In this document: positions 32,296 to 41,078 of the stretch, one piece after another | Numbering within the stretch: the first letter of the stretch is position 1 | Layout: every line of letters starts with the position of its first letter | From: Candidatus Eiseniibacteriota bacterium | GTDB lineage: Bacteria; Eisenbacteria; RBG-16-71-46; CAZAMP01 | Assembly: GCA_965224245.1 (NCBI GenBank) | Contig: CBDCYW010000010.1 | Location: 9,617-73,616 of the forward strand | Reading direction: 5' to 3' | Length of the DNA: 64,000 nt | Notes under the pieces: model-generated | What the model saw: only the letters and a program-made list of their open reading frames with translations | The model's database searches: none | Told to the model about the DNA's origin: nothing | Program-made: the position numbers and the translations under genes

Positions 32296-34279
32296 GACGG
32301 TGCATGATCCTGTTCTGAGGACACTTCTCAACTCGTGGGGGGTTCGGGCCTTCCAAGTGATCTGCCCGGAATGGCGAGGAATCGACGAATCCGACATGTT
32401 CGATATTCAAGGTCGACCAATACTCGAGCCCCTCAAGGACTTCGAGAATGTCTATCTTCTCTACTTCGACGCTTCTCACACCGTAGACGAGGTAGTCGCC
32501 GATCTACGAACCCGGGACGACTATGTGATCTTCGCGCATCCGAACTACCGCGCTCGCGATACTGGGTGCCCGACAATCCCGGTCTCGATTGGGGAAACAC
32601 TGTACCATCAAACGGCAACACACACTGGATCCTGGGGCATGAGCAACCCAGGCCTGTTCAGCGAGATTGTGGGCGCCGATTCGGTTCAAGCGCTCCTGGA
32701 CACGGATATCAATCTGCAAGAGGCATGGAGTATCTACAACACAGCCACCAAGAAGGTCGCGGTACTGGATCGTGGCATTGACATGTGTCATGAGGACCTT
32801 CCTGTGGACGCCGTTCTCTCGAAGTGCTTCAGCGGCAACTCCTGCTCGACCGACGAGACGGACCCTCAACGAGCCCATGGAACAGCAGTAGCGGGCATCA
32901 TCGCTGCGATTGCAAACAACGGAGTGGGTGTTGCTGGCGTCCTCGGTCACCCGTCATCAGACGATGACCTCATTGTCTCGCTTCAGCTCAGGTCGGCGGA
33001 CGGTTCAGGACAGACGGCTCATGCGGCAACCGCGATCAGCTACGCTGTTGGCACGGGTGTGATCCCTGTAACGAACATCAGCATGACTTTCGCCGGGGTC
33101 CACGTTGACGCACTCAAGCTAGCAATGAAAAACGCGTTTCTCTCTGGAATGACTTTCGCGGTTTCCGGGGGGAACAGTTCGAGCGATGTGTCTCCGCAAG
33201 AGTGGGGGCGGTTTGGCATCGGAACGACCGGGATCAATACTGATGGGAGTGATCCAGGCTGGCGCGAGGGGCCCTGGATCGATGTGACTGCTCCGGGGCC
33301 CGCGGGAGCACCGTTGGGCGTTCAGCAGGGCGTGTACACCACTGCATGGGTCTCGTTCAACCAAGACTGCAAGCGCTATGGGTGGTTTCACGCCACCTCG
33401 TCCGCAGCTCCACACGTCGCCGGAATGGCGGCGCTCATACTGTCCCACGTTCCGATTGCAACGAACGAGGATCTCTTGGAGGTGATTACTCGAACTGCCA
33501 GGGACCTCGGGCCAACGGGATATGACGAAACCTGGGGTCACGGCCTAGCTCGACTCGACAACGCTCTCTGCTTTGTGACGGAGCGAACGCTGGTCCATGG
33601 CGACGTGTCTGGGGCATACGACCAGCTGACGTTCGTTGAAGATCGCACCCAGACGTTTCTCAACCTGAAGGAGAGTTGGGGGGGAGAAGGCGACTACTGG
33701 GTGGATGTGTATAAGGCGACAAAGTCAGTTGGCTTTCCTAGCAACGTTGAGGATTGCCCAATCAATACTACCCAGGTTTGGGCGCGAGGTCGTCAATGTT
33801 CGGGCTGGCGAAACGAGTCTACGATCGACGTGGCCCTCGACACGACGTGGGGGGGAGTTGTGAATGAAACGATCACTCCCTTTGGCTGCGACATTTCGAC
33901 ATACTTCTATGAGGTGTTCGCGGACGAGAACGCATCCAGTTCCCTGGGGTGGTTCCCCTACGATCCCGATGATGGGTCGTCTCCTCCCCTGAGTTGGGGC
34001 TACACGTACCTCGTGCTGCCTTCCTGTCCGCAACGGATCGGAGGGAACGCGATCGAGAACCTTCAGGCTCCTACTGTCACAACGATCGTGCAAGTCTATG
34101 ACGTAGCTGGCCGCCGAGTCCGCGAGTGGGACATGGAGGGCCCAACGTCCGCAAGTTCCATCGAGTGGGATGGGCGGCTAGACACCGGTCGCCTGGCACC
34201 GACTGGTGTATACTTCGTGCGAGCGCGGAACGCCGTAGGTGCAGCAGCAATGAGTCAGCGCGTGCTCGTGGTTCGATGA
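32296..34279 (+). pseudogene. S8 protease with FlgD-like C-terminal domain, N-terminus and signal peptide lost at IS3 copy C
   Basis: Triad motifs VAVLDRG, HGTAVAG, ATSSAAPHVAG; VYDVAGRRVR...GVYFVR; no native start right of the IS. Confidence 0.8.
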
Positions 34280-35973
34280 TCCTGGACTTCGCGAGGCCGT
34301 CGGGGATGCTAAGGATGTGTCAACTGAGACGTATGGTCTTCTGCTTGGGCTGCCTCTGTCCTGTCTCGACTGGGATCGCAGGTGTGTCGGACACCACGTG
34401 GTTTGGTGGATCGGACCCCAACACGGGCATTGCCGTACAAGGCGGCATCTGGGACTTCGAGGACTGCACGACACAAGGTTGGTCCAGCGTCGATCGAAGC
34501 GACGAGGGGCTCTTCGTGACGCACGTCACACCCGACTCGAACGCCGTGCATGGAGATGGTGACGTGACCGCCATCAATTCCTCTGGATCAATCTGGTTCG
34601 GTGCTCACGCAGACCGCGCAGAGGAAGAGTGTTGGCCAGGCGGTCAGGGCTACGACAACGCCTGGGTACAGGTCGTGCGCAAGACGTTCTCATACGGCGG
34701 CAGCGGAGACGTCACGATCGAGTTCGACTACTTCGCCGACAGCTCGGCGGGGTTCGACTTCACGTACGTCTACGTCGCGACTGATGACGTGACCATCGGT
34801 CCACTCAACCCGGGGGCGTGGGGCCCGGGGTATTCAGGTTCGGTTGGGTCGCCGGAGAGCCCAGCGCACGCTGTACTGGTGGCAAGCGAAGTTGACCTGG
34901 CGACAGTCGTGGACTCGTTCGACGTGGTGTTTCAGTTCGAGGCCAACGAGTCTGAGTCGGATGGCTGGGACGCGCTTGGGACCACGATAGACACGATTGG
35001 CGGGTTCGGTCTCGACAACGTAGGGGTCGTCGGCAACTCGCTGGACGACTTCAGCGACTTCGAACCCGGCGCGATTGGAGGCGCTGAGCACGATGGCTGG
35101 CGCCTTTATGAGGCACCCCCCATTGGCAGTTTCGGAGACGTCGCTACGCTGGAGGACGTCGACACGAACCAGGAGGTGCCGGAGAGCTGCCCGGTCGTGG
35201 GCTGCGTGCTCCTCGCTTCGGATGCGCTCGGGGGTGGGGACCCCCATCCGTACTTGCAGCACGAAACTCTTCGGTCGAATGCCGTCCCTGCTGTGGAGAT
35301 GATGGTCGACGCGGTCGTGCTCGAGTTCGATGCATGGCTGAACTGGCCCGACGGGATGGGTATCTTCTTCTATCTCGGCGTCGAGTACTACCCGTGGACT
35401 TGCCCGGAGAGCGGCGTCGTTGGCTGGTCCCCGATACCGACTCTGAGTGCCTCAGGCGTGGCTGCGCCGGCGATCTGCGCCAGCGATGCAGTCGTGGATG
35501 TGACCGGAGACTTGCCGCCGATCGCGCTCGTGGACTCGCTCCGGATCGGGATCATCATGCAGAGATCGTGTGATCCGTTTTCGCCAAGTTGTGCTCGGGA
35601 CGCATTCAGTAACGCCCCGTCGCCATTCTTCGACAATCTTCGCGTTGGGTTCGTCCGATCGAGCGTTGGCGTTCCGGACCATTCATGGCCAGGGCCGCGT
35701 CCATACGAAGTAGTCCCGTCGCACAATCCGATCAATACCGGGGTACTGTGCACGTTCTTCCTGCCGAACGCTGAGTCGGTGCAATTGTCAGTGTATGACG
35801 TCTCGGGAAGACTGGTGCGCCTCTTGCGCGACGAGGATCTTCCGAGGGGTGAACACTCCACTGGCTGGAACGCAACCGATAGCGCGGAACGCCGGGTGGC
35901 TCCGGGAACGTACTTCCTTCGTCTGAAGACGCCCCACGCGTCGCACACTTCGCGCGTGATTGTGGCCCGTTGA
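34276..35973 (+). CDS. Secreted acidic protein with FlgD-Ig-like C-terminal domain
   Basis: Hydrophobic N-terminus, WDFE...QGW, VYDVSGRLVR...GTYFLRL; start uncertain (34276 or 34315). Confidence 0.72.
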   Translation: MILDFARPSGMLRMCQLRRMVFCLGCLCPVSTGIAGVSDTTWFGGSDPNTGIAVQGGIWDFEDCTTQGWSSVDRSDEGLFVTHVTPDSNAVHGDGDVTAINSSGSIWFGAHADRAEEECWPGGQGYDNAWVQVVRKTFSYGGSGDVTIEFDYFADSSAGFDFTYVYVATDDVTIGPLNPGAWGPGYSGSVGSPESPAHAVLVASEVDLATVVDSFDVVFQFEANESESDGWDALGTTIDTIGGFGLDNVGVVGNSLDDFSDFEPGAIGGAEHDGWRLYEAPPIGSFGDVATLEDVDTNQEVPESCPVVGCVLLASDALGGGDPHPYLQHETLRSNAVPAVEMMVDAVVLEFDAWLNWPDGMGIFFYLGVEYYPWTCPESGVVGWSPIPTLSASGVAAPAICASDAVVDVTGDLPPIALVDSLRIGIIMQRSCDPFSPSCARDAFSNAPSPFFDNLRVGFVRSSVGVPDHSWPGPRPYEVVPSHNPINTGVLCTFFLPNAESVQLSVYDVSGRLVRLLRDEDLPRGEHSTGWNATDSAERRVAPGTYFLRLKTPHASHTSRVIVAR

Positions 35974-35990
35974 TTCTGATCGAACGACAA

Positions 35991-36012
35991 AACCCGGCGC
36001 AACCGCACCGGG
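35991..36012 (-). repeat. Conserved hairpin, copy 3 (terminator-like)
   Basis: AACCCGGCGCAACCGCACCGGG on +; stem CCCGGTGC/GCGCCGGG followed by TTTT on -. Confidence 0.8.
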
Positions 36013-36038
36013 CAAGCAGAACCGTCTGGGGCTGACGG

Positions 36039-36285
36039 CTAGCTCTTGAGCACCGCCCTCAACCGGTTCTGCAACGACCCCTGCTTGTTCCCGACCTCAG
36101 CCCTCGGCCCGATGTGCTTCTCGCAGTACTGCGCGGCCGATTTCCCGATCGACACCTTCAGCTTCTCGGTCGGGATCACCTCCTCGGTCTCCGGCCGGCC
36201 CTTGACGGTGACCCTGAGCCCCTTCGCGGTCTTGACGACGTCGAAGCTGACGCGCTCTGAGACGTGGCGCGGCGACCTCTGACCA
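36039..36285 (-). pseudogene. Orphan 3' fragment 3 of the gene at 38726-39328
   Basis: VSERVSF...KGRPETEE...GNKQGSLQNRLRAVL; 40/74 residues identical to the full gene by manual alignment. Confidence 0.8.
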
Positions 36286-36289
36286 CGTA

Positions 36290-37273
36290 TCACGAAAGCT
36301 CGAACTCTCGAGCCAGCGCCGGGTTCGCCTTCTGCCAATCGGCGAAGAACTCCTCTAGCTCCAGTGCTTCGACGTACCGGCGAAGAAACTCGGGGACGAT
36401 CTTGCCAAGCCTGGCTTCCTCGATGTCACGGATTCGGTACTGCGGGATCTTCAGTCGCCGCGAGAGGGTCCGCACGTCGAGACCGAGCTCTTCGCGGCGG
36501 CGGGTGATCTGTGTCGAGAGCGGCATGAAGCGAATGGTGCGCTCCGCATGCTGGGGCGATGGCGTGGCCGCGGGAAACGAGTCGGCGATCAGCCTTCGAA
36601 GCTCCTTGGCGAGCATGGCGACCACTTCATCGGAGACGATTTCACCAGGATCGATGCGCGCGGGAAGCTCGGGCTGATTGGCCGGACCACGCTCTGTCGG
36701 GGACGACGGACGAGGATGCGGCAACCCTTCGCCCTCCACGACGCGGGTGACGGGCCCATCGCAGCGCACGCAGCGCCCTTCGAGAACGAGGTCGCCGCCC
36801 ATCATACGTCCGGACTCCAGCGCCATCGACGTTCCGGTCAGGCAGGACGAGCACCAGGCGTTGTTGAGAAGGCGAACGCGAAGCCCAGGATCGATGGCGT
36901 TCCAGATGGGACGTGCCGTCGTAGTGAAGCGAGGTCCGTCAACACCAGGCGAGCTGACAGGTTTCGTCTGACTCAGGTCCCAGGGAGTTCCTCGCCAGCC
37001 GTGGATCGTGCCCTCGTCGCCGCAATCGGGGCATCGCCAGGCGATCTCGTCGTGCCTCGACGAAATGACCGCTTCGATGATGCCATTGCAGCGGCGACGG
37101 CGGGGACGGCGGCGGCATTGAGGTGGAATGCTGTGTCGGCCGGCGAGGACGGCACTGACGAAGGCGACGATCGAGCCCAGATGGTCGCGCAGCGCCCGGC
37201 CGGCACGACGCGGCGGGATGTGTCCATTCTCGTCGAGAAAGTGGGACATGTCCGTCACGGTGGGGGTCGGCAT
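36290..37273 (-). CDS. Hypothetical protein with two Cys-rich putative Zn-binding modules and a C-terminal Xre-like HTH
   Basis: CRRRP...WRCPDC; WCSSC...CVRC; RREELGLDVRTLSRRLKIPQYRIRDIE. Confidence 0.6.
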   Translation of the reverse strand: MPTPTVTDMSHFLDENGHIPPRRAGRALRDHLGSIVAFVSAVLAGRHSIPPQCRRRPRRRRCNGIIEAVISSRHDEIAWRCPDCGDEGTIHGWRGTPWDLSQTKPVSSPGVDGPRFTTTARPIWNAIDPGLRVRLLNNAWCSSCLTGTSMALESGRMMGGDLVLEGRCVRCDGPVTRVVEGEGLPHPRPSSPTERGPANQPELPARIDPGEIVSDEVVAMLAKELRRLIADSFPAATPSPQHAERTIRFMPLSTQITRRREELGLDVRTLSRRLKIPQYRIRDIEEARLGKIVPEFLRRYVEALELEEFFADWQKANPALAREFELS

Positions 37274-37346
37274 GGCCACGTCCCTCCCCGAGTTGCTAGA
37301 CGCCGCTTGCCTCGACTGATGAGACAGGAACTTGTCACAACGAGAC

Positions 37347-37368
37347 AACCCGGCGCAACCGCACCGGG
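37347..37368 (-). repeat. Conserved hairpin, copy 2
   Basis: AACCCGGCGCAACCGCACCGGG. Confidence 0.8.
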
Positions 37369-37395
37369 TGAGCGAGGCGCCTGTGGCCGGAGCGG

Positions 37396-37660
37396 CTACC
37401 CCTTCATCACCGCCCTCAACCGGTTCGCCAGCGACCCCGCCTTGTTTCCGACGACCTCGCGCGGACCAAGGTGCCGATCGGTGTAGTCCAACGCCGCCTT
37501 GTTGATCGAGACCTTGATCAGCTCGGGGTTCAGCACCTCCTCGGTGTCCGGTCGACCCTTCACCGCGACCTTCACGCTCTTGCCGCTCTTCTCGACGAGG
37601 AACGTCACGCGCTCGGCGACGTACGTTGCGCGGCCGCCGGTGAACTCGCAGGGAACGCCG
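37396..37660 (-). pseudogene. Orphan 3' fragment 2 of the gene at 38726-39328
   Basis: GVPCEFTGGR...LANRLRAVMKG; 78/87 residues identical; similarity stops sharply at 37660. Confidence 0.88.
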
Positions 37661-37789
37661 ACGCAGCGCGGCATCGAGCTGGATGAGAAGGCGAGGGGGC
37701 TGCTGAAGTACTACCATCGGTGGGCAGCGTGACGTCGTTCGGGTTTTCGGACAGCACGGGATCGACTCACGCTACTTTCTCGCTCTGGT

Positions 37790-38540
37790 CTACCGAACGC
37801 CGCCAACGTGAGCGGGGAGCGTCTCGACATCATGCCGGTACACCGATTTCAGCGTTGCCCAGGAGTGATTCGTGACTGGCACCGATCCCGCTCCCCGAAG
37901 CTCGACCGCCAGATTCGCCGGCTCCTCGACACCGATCCACGGCGCGTCGTGAGCGGGGGTCCAATCGGCCGGGCCGAAGTAGTTCGAGCGGAGCACCGCG
38001 GGTAGATCAGGTCCGTCCGGCGCATCGGTGGATGTGGACCAGTACCACTCCGGTGGATAGCAGAATTGTGCTTGGATTGAGATCCAGTAGCGCTCACGCT
38101 CGACTAGTGATCCCGGATGGTCGTCCGCCGGGATCTCCACGCAGTACGACCATGGCGCACCGCCGCTCTCCTCGAAACCGGTGAAGAGCCCGTCGTAGAG
38201 CGTGTCGCCCGGAAGGCCGTCGGCGTCCTGGTAGATGCGGATGCGAAACGCATCGGGAGAGCTCGGCTCGAACAGCCCGAAGGTCCCCCACCACCGTACG
38301 GCGAGAAGGTCGCTTGTGTGTTGGAAGTCGTCGGCGACCTCCACGTGAACCCCATCGCAGGGTGGAACGGGCTCTTCCATCGCCAGCACGCCACCGGTGG
38401 GGTGAGGAGGCTGAGCAAACAGCACGGACCCCGGACACGCAACGGCGCCAAGAAGGAAGAGTGGCGAGATCAGGATCACGATGATGCCCTTCGTATCGAC
38501 GGTCCGCTGTCGAAGCCGTGACGTTGTCCAGGGTAGCACA
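37790..38540 (-). CDS. Secreted protein with SWATLKSVYR motif near the C-terminus; start uncertain
   Basis: Hydrophobic IIVILISPLFLLGAVAC, VADDF, VRWWG, YWISIQ, PVTNHSWATLKSVYR. Confidence 0.6.
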
Positions 38541-38674
38541 TCGCGGATCTGCGAGCACCGACGCTGCGCACCCCAAGACCGTGGACGAACTGTCGTCAAG
38601 ACGGCGACTCGTAGCCAGCAACGAAGTGAGCATGTGCGCCTCCCGTCGTGCTTGAGAGCGAACCGCAACGAGAG

Positions 38675-38696
38675 AACCCGGCACAACCGCACCGGG
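38675..38696 (-). repeat. Conserved hairpin, copy 1
   Basis: AACCCGGCACAACCGCACCGGG, about 30 bp after the stop of the full gene. Confidence 0.8.
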
Positions 38697-38725
38697 TGAA
38701 TAAAGCGTCTCTGTGGCCGGCGCCG

Positions 38726-39328
38726 CTAGCCTCTCAGCACCGCCCGCAACCGATTCGCCAACGACCCCGACTTGTTTCCGATGACCTCGCGCGGCCCCAG
38801 ATGCCGATCGGTGTAGTCCAGCGCCGCCTTGTTGATCGAGACCTTGATCAAGTCGGGGTTCAGCGTCTCCTCGGTATCCGGCCTTCCCTTGATCGCGACC
38901 TTCACGCTCTTGCCGCTCTTCTCGACGAGGAACGTCACGCGCTCGGTGACGTCGGTGGCGCGGCCGCCGGTGAACTCGCAGGGGACGCCGGCTTTCTTGC
39001 AGGCGTCGCGGTAGGGGCCGAGGACGTCGCGGAAGTGGGCCTTGGCGTCGTTGATGAGGGTGTTGGCCTCGCCGCGCAGCGTGGCGGCCTCGGCCTGCAT
39101 CTCCCGGACGTTGCGCTCGGCGTCGACGACGGCGGTGCGGAGCGCGTCGAGGTCGGGGGCGGCCGTGTCGCGCGTCGTCGTGGGCGGTGTCGGTGTTTCG
39201 GTGGCTGGCGCGGCCTCGGGGGCCTTCTTGGCCCGTGCCTTCGACGTGCGGCCTGACGTTGCGCCGGTGCCGCCCTTGGTCGCCTTCGCCGCCGCCGTCT
39301 TCTTCGGAGCCTTCTTCTTCGTCGCCAT
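38726..39328 (-). CDS. Protein with Lys/Ala-rich (histone H1-like) N-terminus, coiled coil and conserved C-terminal domain
   Basis: GGAGG SD, MATKKKAPKKTAAAKATK, helical middle region, C-terminal domain repeated twice downstream. Confidence 0.75.
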   Translation of the reverse strand: MATKKKAPKKTAAAKATKGGTGATSGRTSKARAKKAPEAAPATETPTPPTTTRDTAAPDLDALRTAVVDAERNVREMQAEAATLRGEANTLINDAKAHFRDVLGPYRDACKKAGVPCEFTGGRATDVTERVTFLVEKSGKSVKVAIKGRPDTEETLNPDLIKVSINKAALDYTDRHLGPREVIGNKSGSLANRLRAVLRG

Positions 39329-39383
39329 CTCGTCCTCCTCGGGCTGTGTGGCAGGCGCGGCGGAATGCGCGCCAGTGCGACAC

Positions 39384-39415
39384 ATGCACGCTCGAGCCGG
39401 GCGAGGTCATCAAGT
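39384..39415 (-). promoter_or_regulatory. Promoter-like motif shared with 46336-46366
   Basis: Minus strand ACTTGATG...CGAGCGTGCAT upstream of the Lys/Ala-rich gene. Confidence 0.55.
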
Positions 39416-39747
39416 CATTTCAGTACAATAAGTTAGCGTGATCTGCGGGGCGGAGGAGCGAACATGCGGGGGAGCGTGGAGGGCACAGGAAGCCCCCAGG
39501 GCTTCGGGGTCAGCCCGGGCCGCTGGGGGCCGAGTGAGACTCCCCTGCTGCGAAGGAGAGAGACGTCGCAGCGCAGCTTGGGCACTGGGGAGCCCGGTCA
39601 TCGTATCGGTTTTCGGTGCTGGTTGCCTGAGCGAGAGGATGAGGCTGCCGTGTCCTGGGAGCAGGCCAGCACAGGACTTGTTGTCGTTCCGCTTCCACGG
39701 ACGGACGACGTATACTTGTCGACCCTACCGAACGTCGGAGGACCGGG

Positions 39748-40146
39748 ATGTCGAGTCGTATGCTTCTCGTGTCGGCGGCAATCCTCGCTGGTTGTTCATC
39801 CGACAAAGAAGTGACCTCTCCGGAAGACACGCCGAACGACCCTCCAAATCACCCACCCATCCTAGAAGCGCAGGCCGATACGACCGGCGCCGTTGGGGAC
39901 ACCCTTCGACTCGTCGCGCGGGCCACGGACCCCGACGAACATGTGCTGACATACTCGTTGGTCGTCGAGATTTCCCTGGATGAGCTACACGAGGGATACG
40001 AGGCCAACGTTAGCCTGAACCGCGGCACAGGCGCCTTCTGGTTCGTCCCGTCCAACGAAGATCGACCATCTCGTGCCTTCGAGTTTCATGTGGACGACGG
40101 ACACGGCGGAACGGACTGGGACGGGTTCACCGTGTCCACACCGTAG
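39748..40146 (+). CDS. Lipoprotein with Ig/cadherin-like domain
   Basis: Lipobox LAGC; NHPPIL...ATDPD...LTYSL...VDDGHGG. Confidence 0.75.
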   Translation: MSSRMLLVSAAILAGCSSDKEVTSPEDTPNDPPNHPPILEAQADTTGAVGDTLRLVARATDPDEHVLTYSLVVEISLDELHEGYEANVSLNRGTGAFWFVPSNEDRPSRAFEFHVDDGHGGTDWDGFTVSTP

Positions 40147-40247
40147 GCTGCGCGGCAGAAGTCGATGGCCGAGACAGCCCACCCAAGTTTCGAGTTGATA
40201 TCCAACGTCGGTACGAGCCGTCATACCCAGGAAGGAGGACCCGCACC

Positions 40248-40838
40248 ATGCCGTACCGTGCCCCCGAGACCATGACCACCGCCGAGCAGCGCCGCCTCCT
40301 CGACGTCAGCGCCGAGAGCCCGAGGCCCCGCGATCACGTGATGATCTCGATGGCGCTCGGCACTGGGCTCCGCCTCGGCGAGTTGCTCGGCCTGGACGTC
40401 GGCGACGTGAGTCCCGACGGCGTCCGCGTCCGCACGCGCGTCAAGCTGCGTGTCGAAACGACGAAGGGCGCGCGAAAGGGCGAGGTGTTTCTGCCGGATC
40501 GGGTCGTCGAGAAGCTGACGCGGTTCCTGGCGTGGAAGTCCATGATGGGGGAGCCGCTCGATGCCGACGCGCCGCTGTTCATCTCGTCGTGGGGGAGGCG
40601 GCTGTCGGCGAGGCGGACGCAGATGATGTTTCGGCAATGGCAGGCGCGCGCGGGCTTCGACAGGTTCTACTGCTTTCACTCGACCCGGCATGCCGCCATC
40701 ACGAACGTCTACCGAGCGAGCCGCGATCTCTTCTTGGCGCAAAGGTTCGCACGACACGCGTCGCCTCTCACCACCATCATCTACACCTACGTGTCGGATG
40801 AGGAGATGGCGGAGAGGGTGAGGGGGTTGGCGTGCTGA
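40248..40838 (+). CDS. Minimal tyrosine recombinase (catalytic domain only, 196 aa)
   Basis: GLRLGEL (R), TKG (K), HSTRH (HxxR), RHAS...IY (H, Y); GGAGG SD. Confidence 0.92.
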   Translation: MPYRAPETMTTAEQRRLLDVSAESPRPRDHVMISMALGTGLRLGELLGLDVGDVSPDGVRVRTRVKLRVETTKGARKGEVFLPDRVVEKLTRFLAWKSMMGEPLDADAPLFISSWGRRLSARRTQMMFRQWQARAGFDRFYCFHSTRHAAITNVYRASRDLFLAQRFARHASPLTTIIYTYVSDEEMAERVRGLAC

Positions 40839-41078
40839 GTATCGGGAAGGACCGCTAGTCTTCGCCTCCGCCGTAGAGACCTCAGCGAGACCTGATGCCA
40901 TAGAACGACTCTTCGCGTTTGCGCGCGATTTGTCCTTCATTCGGCGGCCGTGGCTTCTTGCGTCTCAGTCCCGTTGTCGTGTACGGAGGGGCTCCAGCAT
41001 CTGTCGGCCCAGTATCCTCAAAAGCGTCACGGATTAGGTTACACTTCTCAGATAGACCACCCATCAAGGAACAGTCCG

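Noticed and set aside
31142-34279. 1045-aa ORF as a real protein
   Set aside because: The first ~385 codons are antisense read-through of the IS3 element; only 32296 onward is protease-like.
35991-38696. Three ~22-30 bp repeats as a CRISPR array or attC sites
   Set aside because: Spacing is about 1.3 kb, no cas genes are present, and no attC RYYYAAC/GTTRRRY core or IntI-sized integrase is evident.
38094-39413. 439-aa Arg-rich ORF
   Set aside because: Alternative-frame shadow of the Lys/Ala-rich gene and the cargo gene.
28402-41048. 11-bp inverted match AGAAGTGTAAC (28402-28412) / GTTACACTTCT (41038-41048) as element ends
   Set aside because: Both are intergenic and one follows the recombinase, but 11-bp matches are expected by chance in 64 kb.
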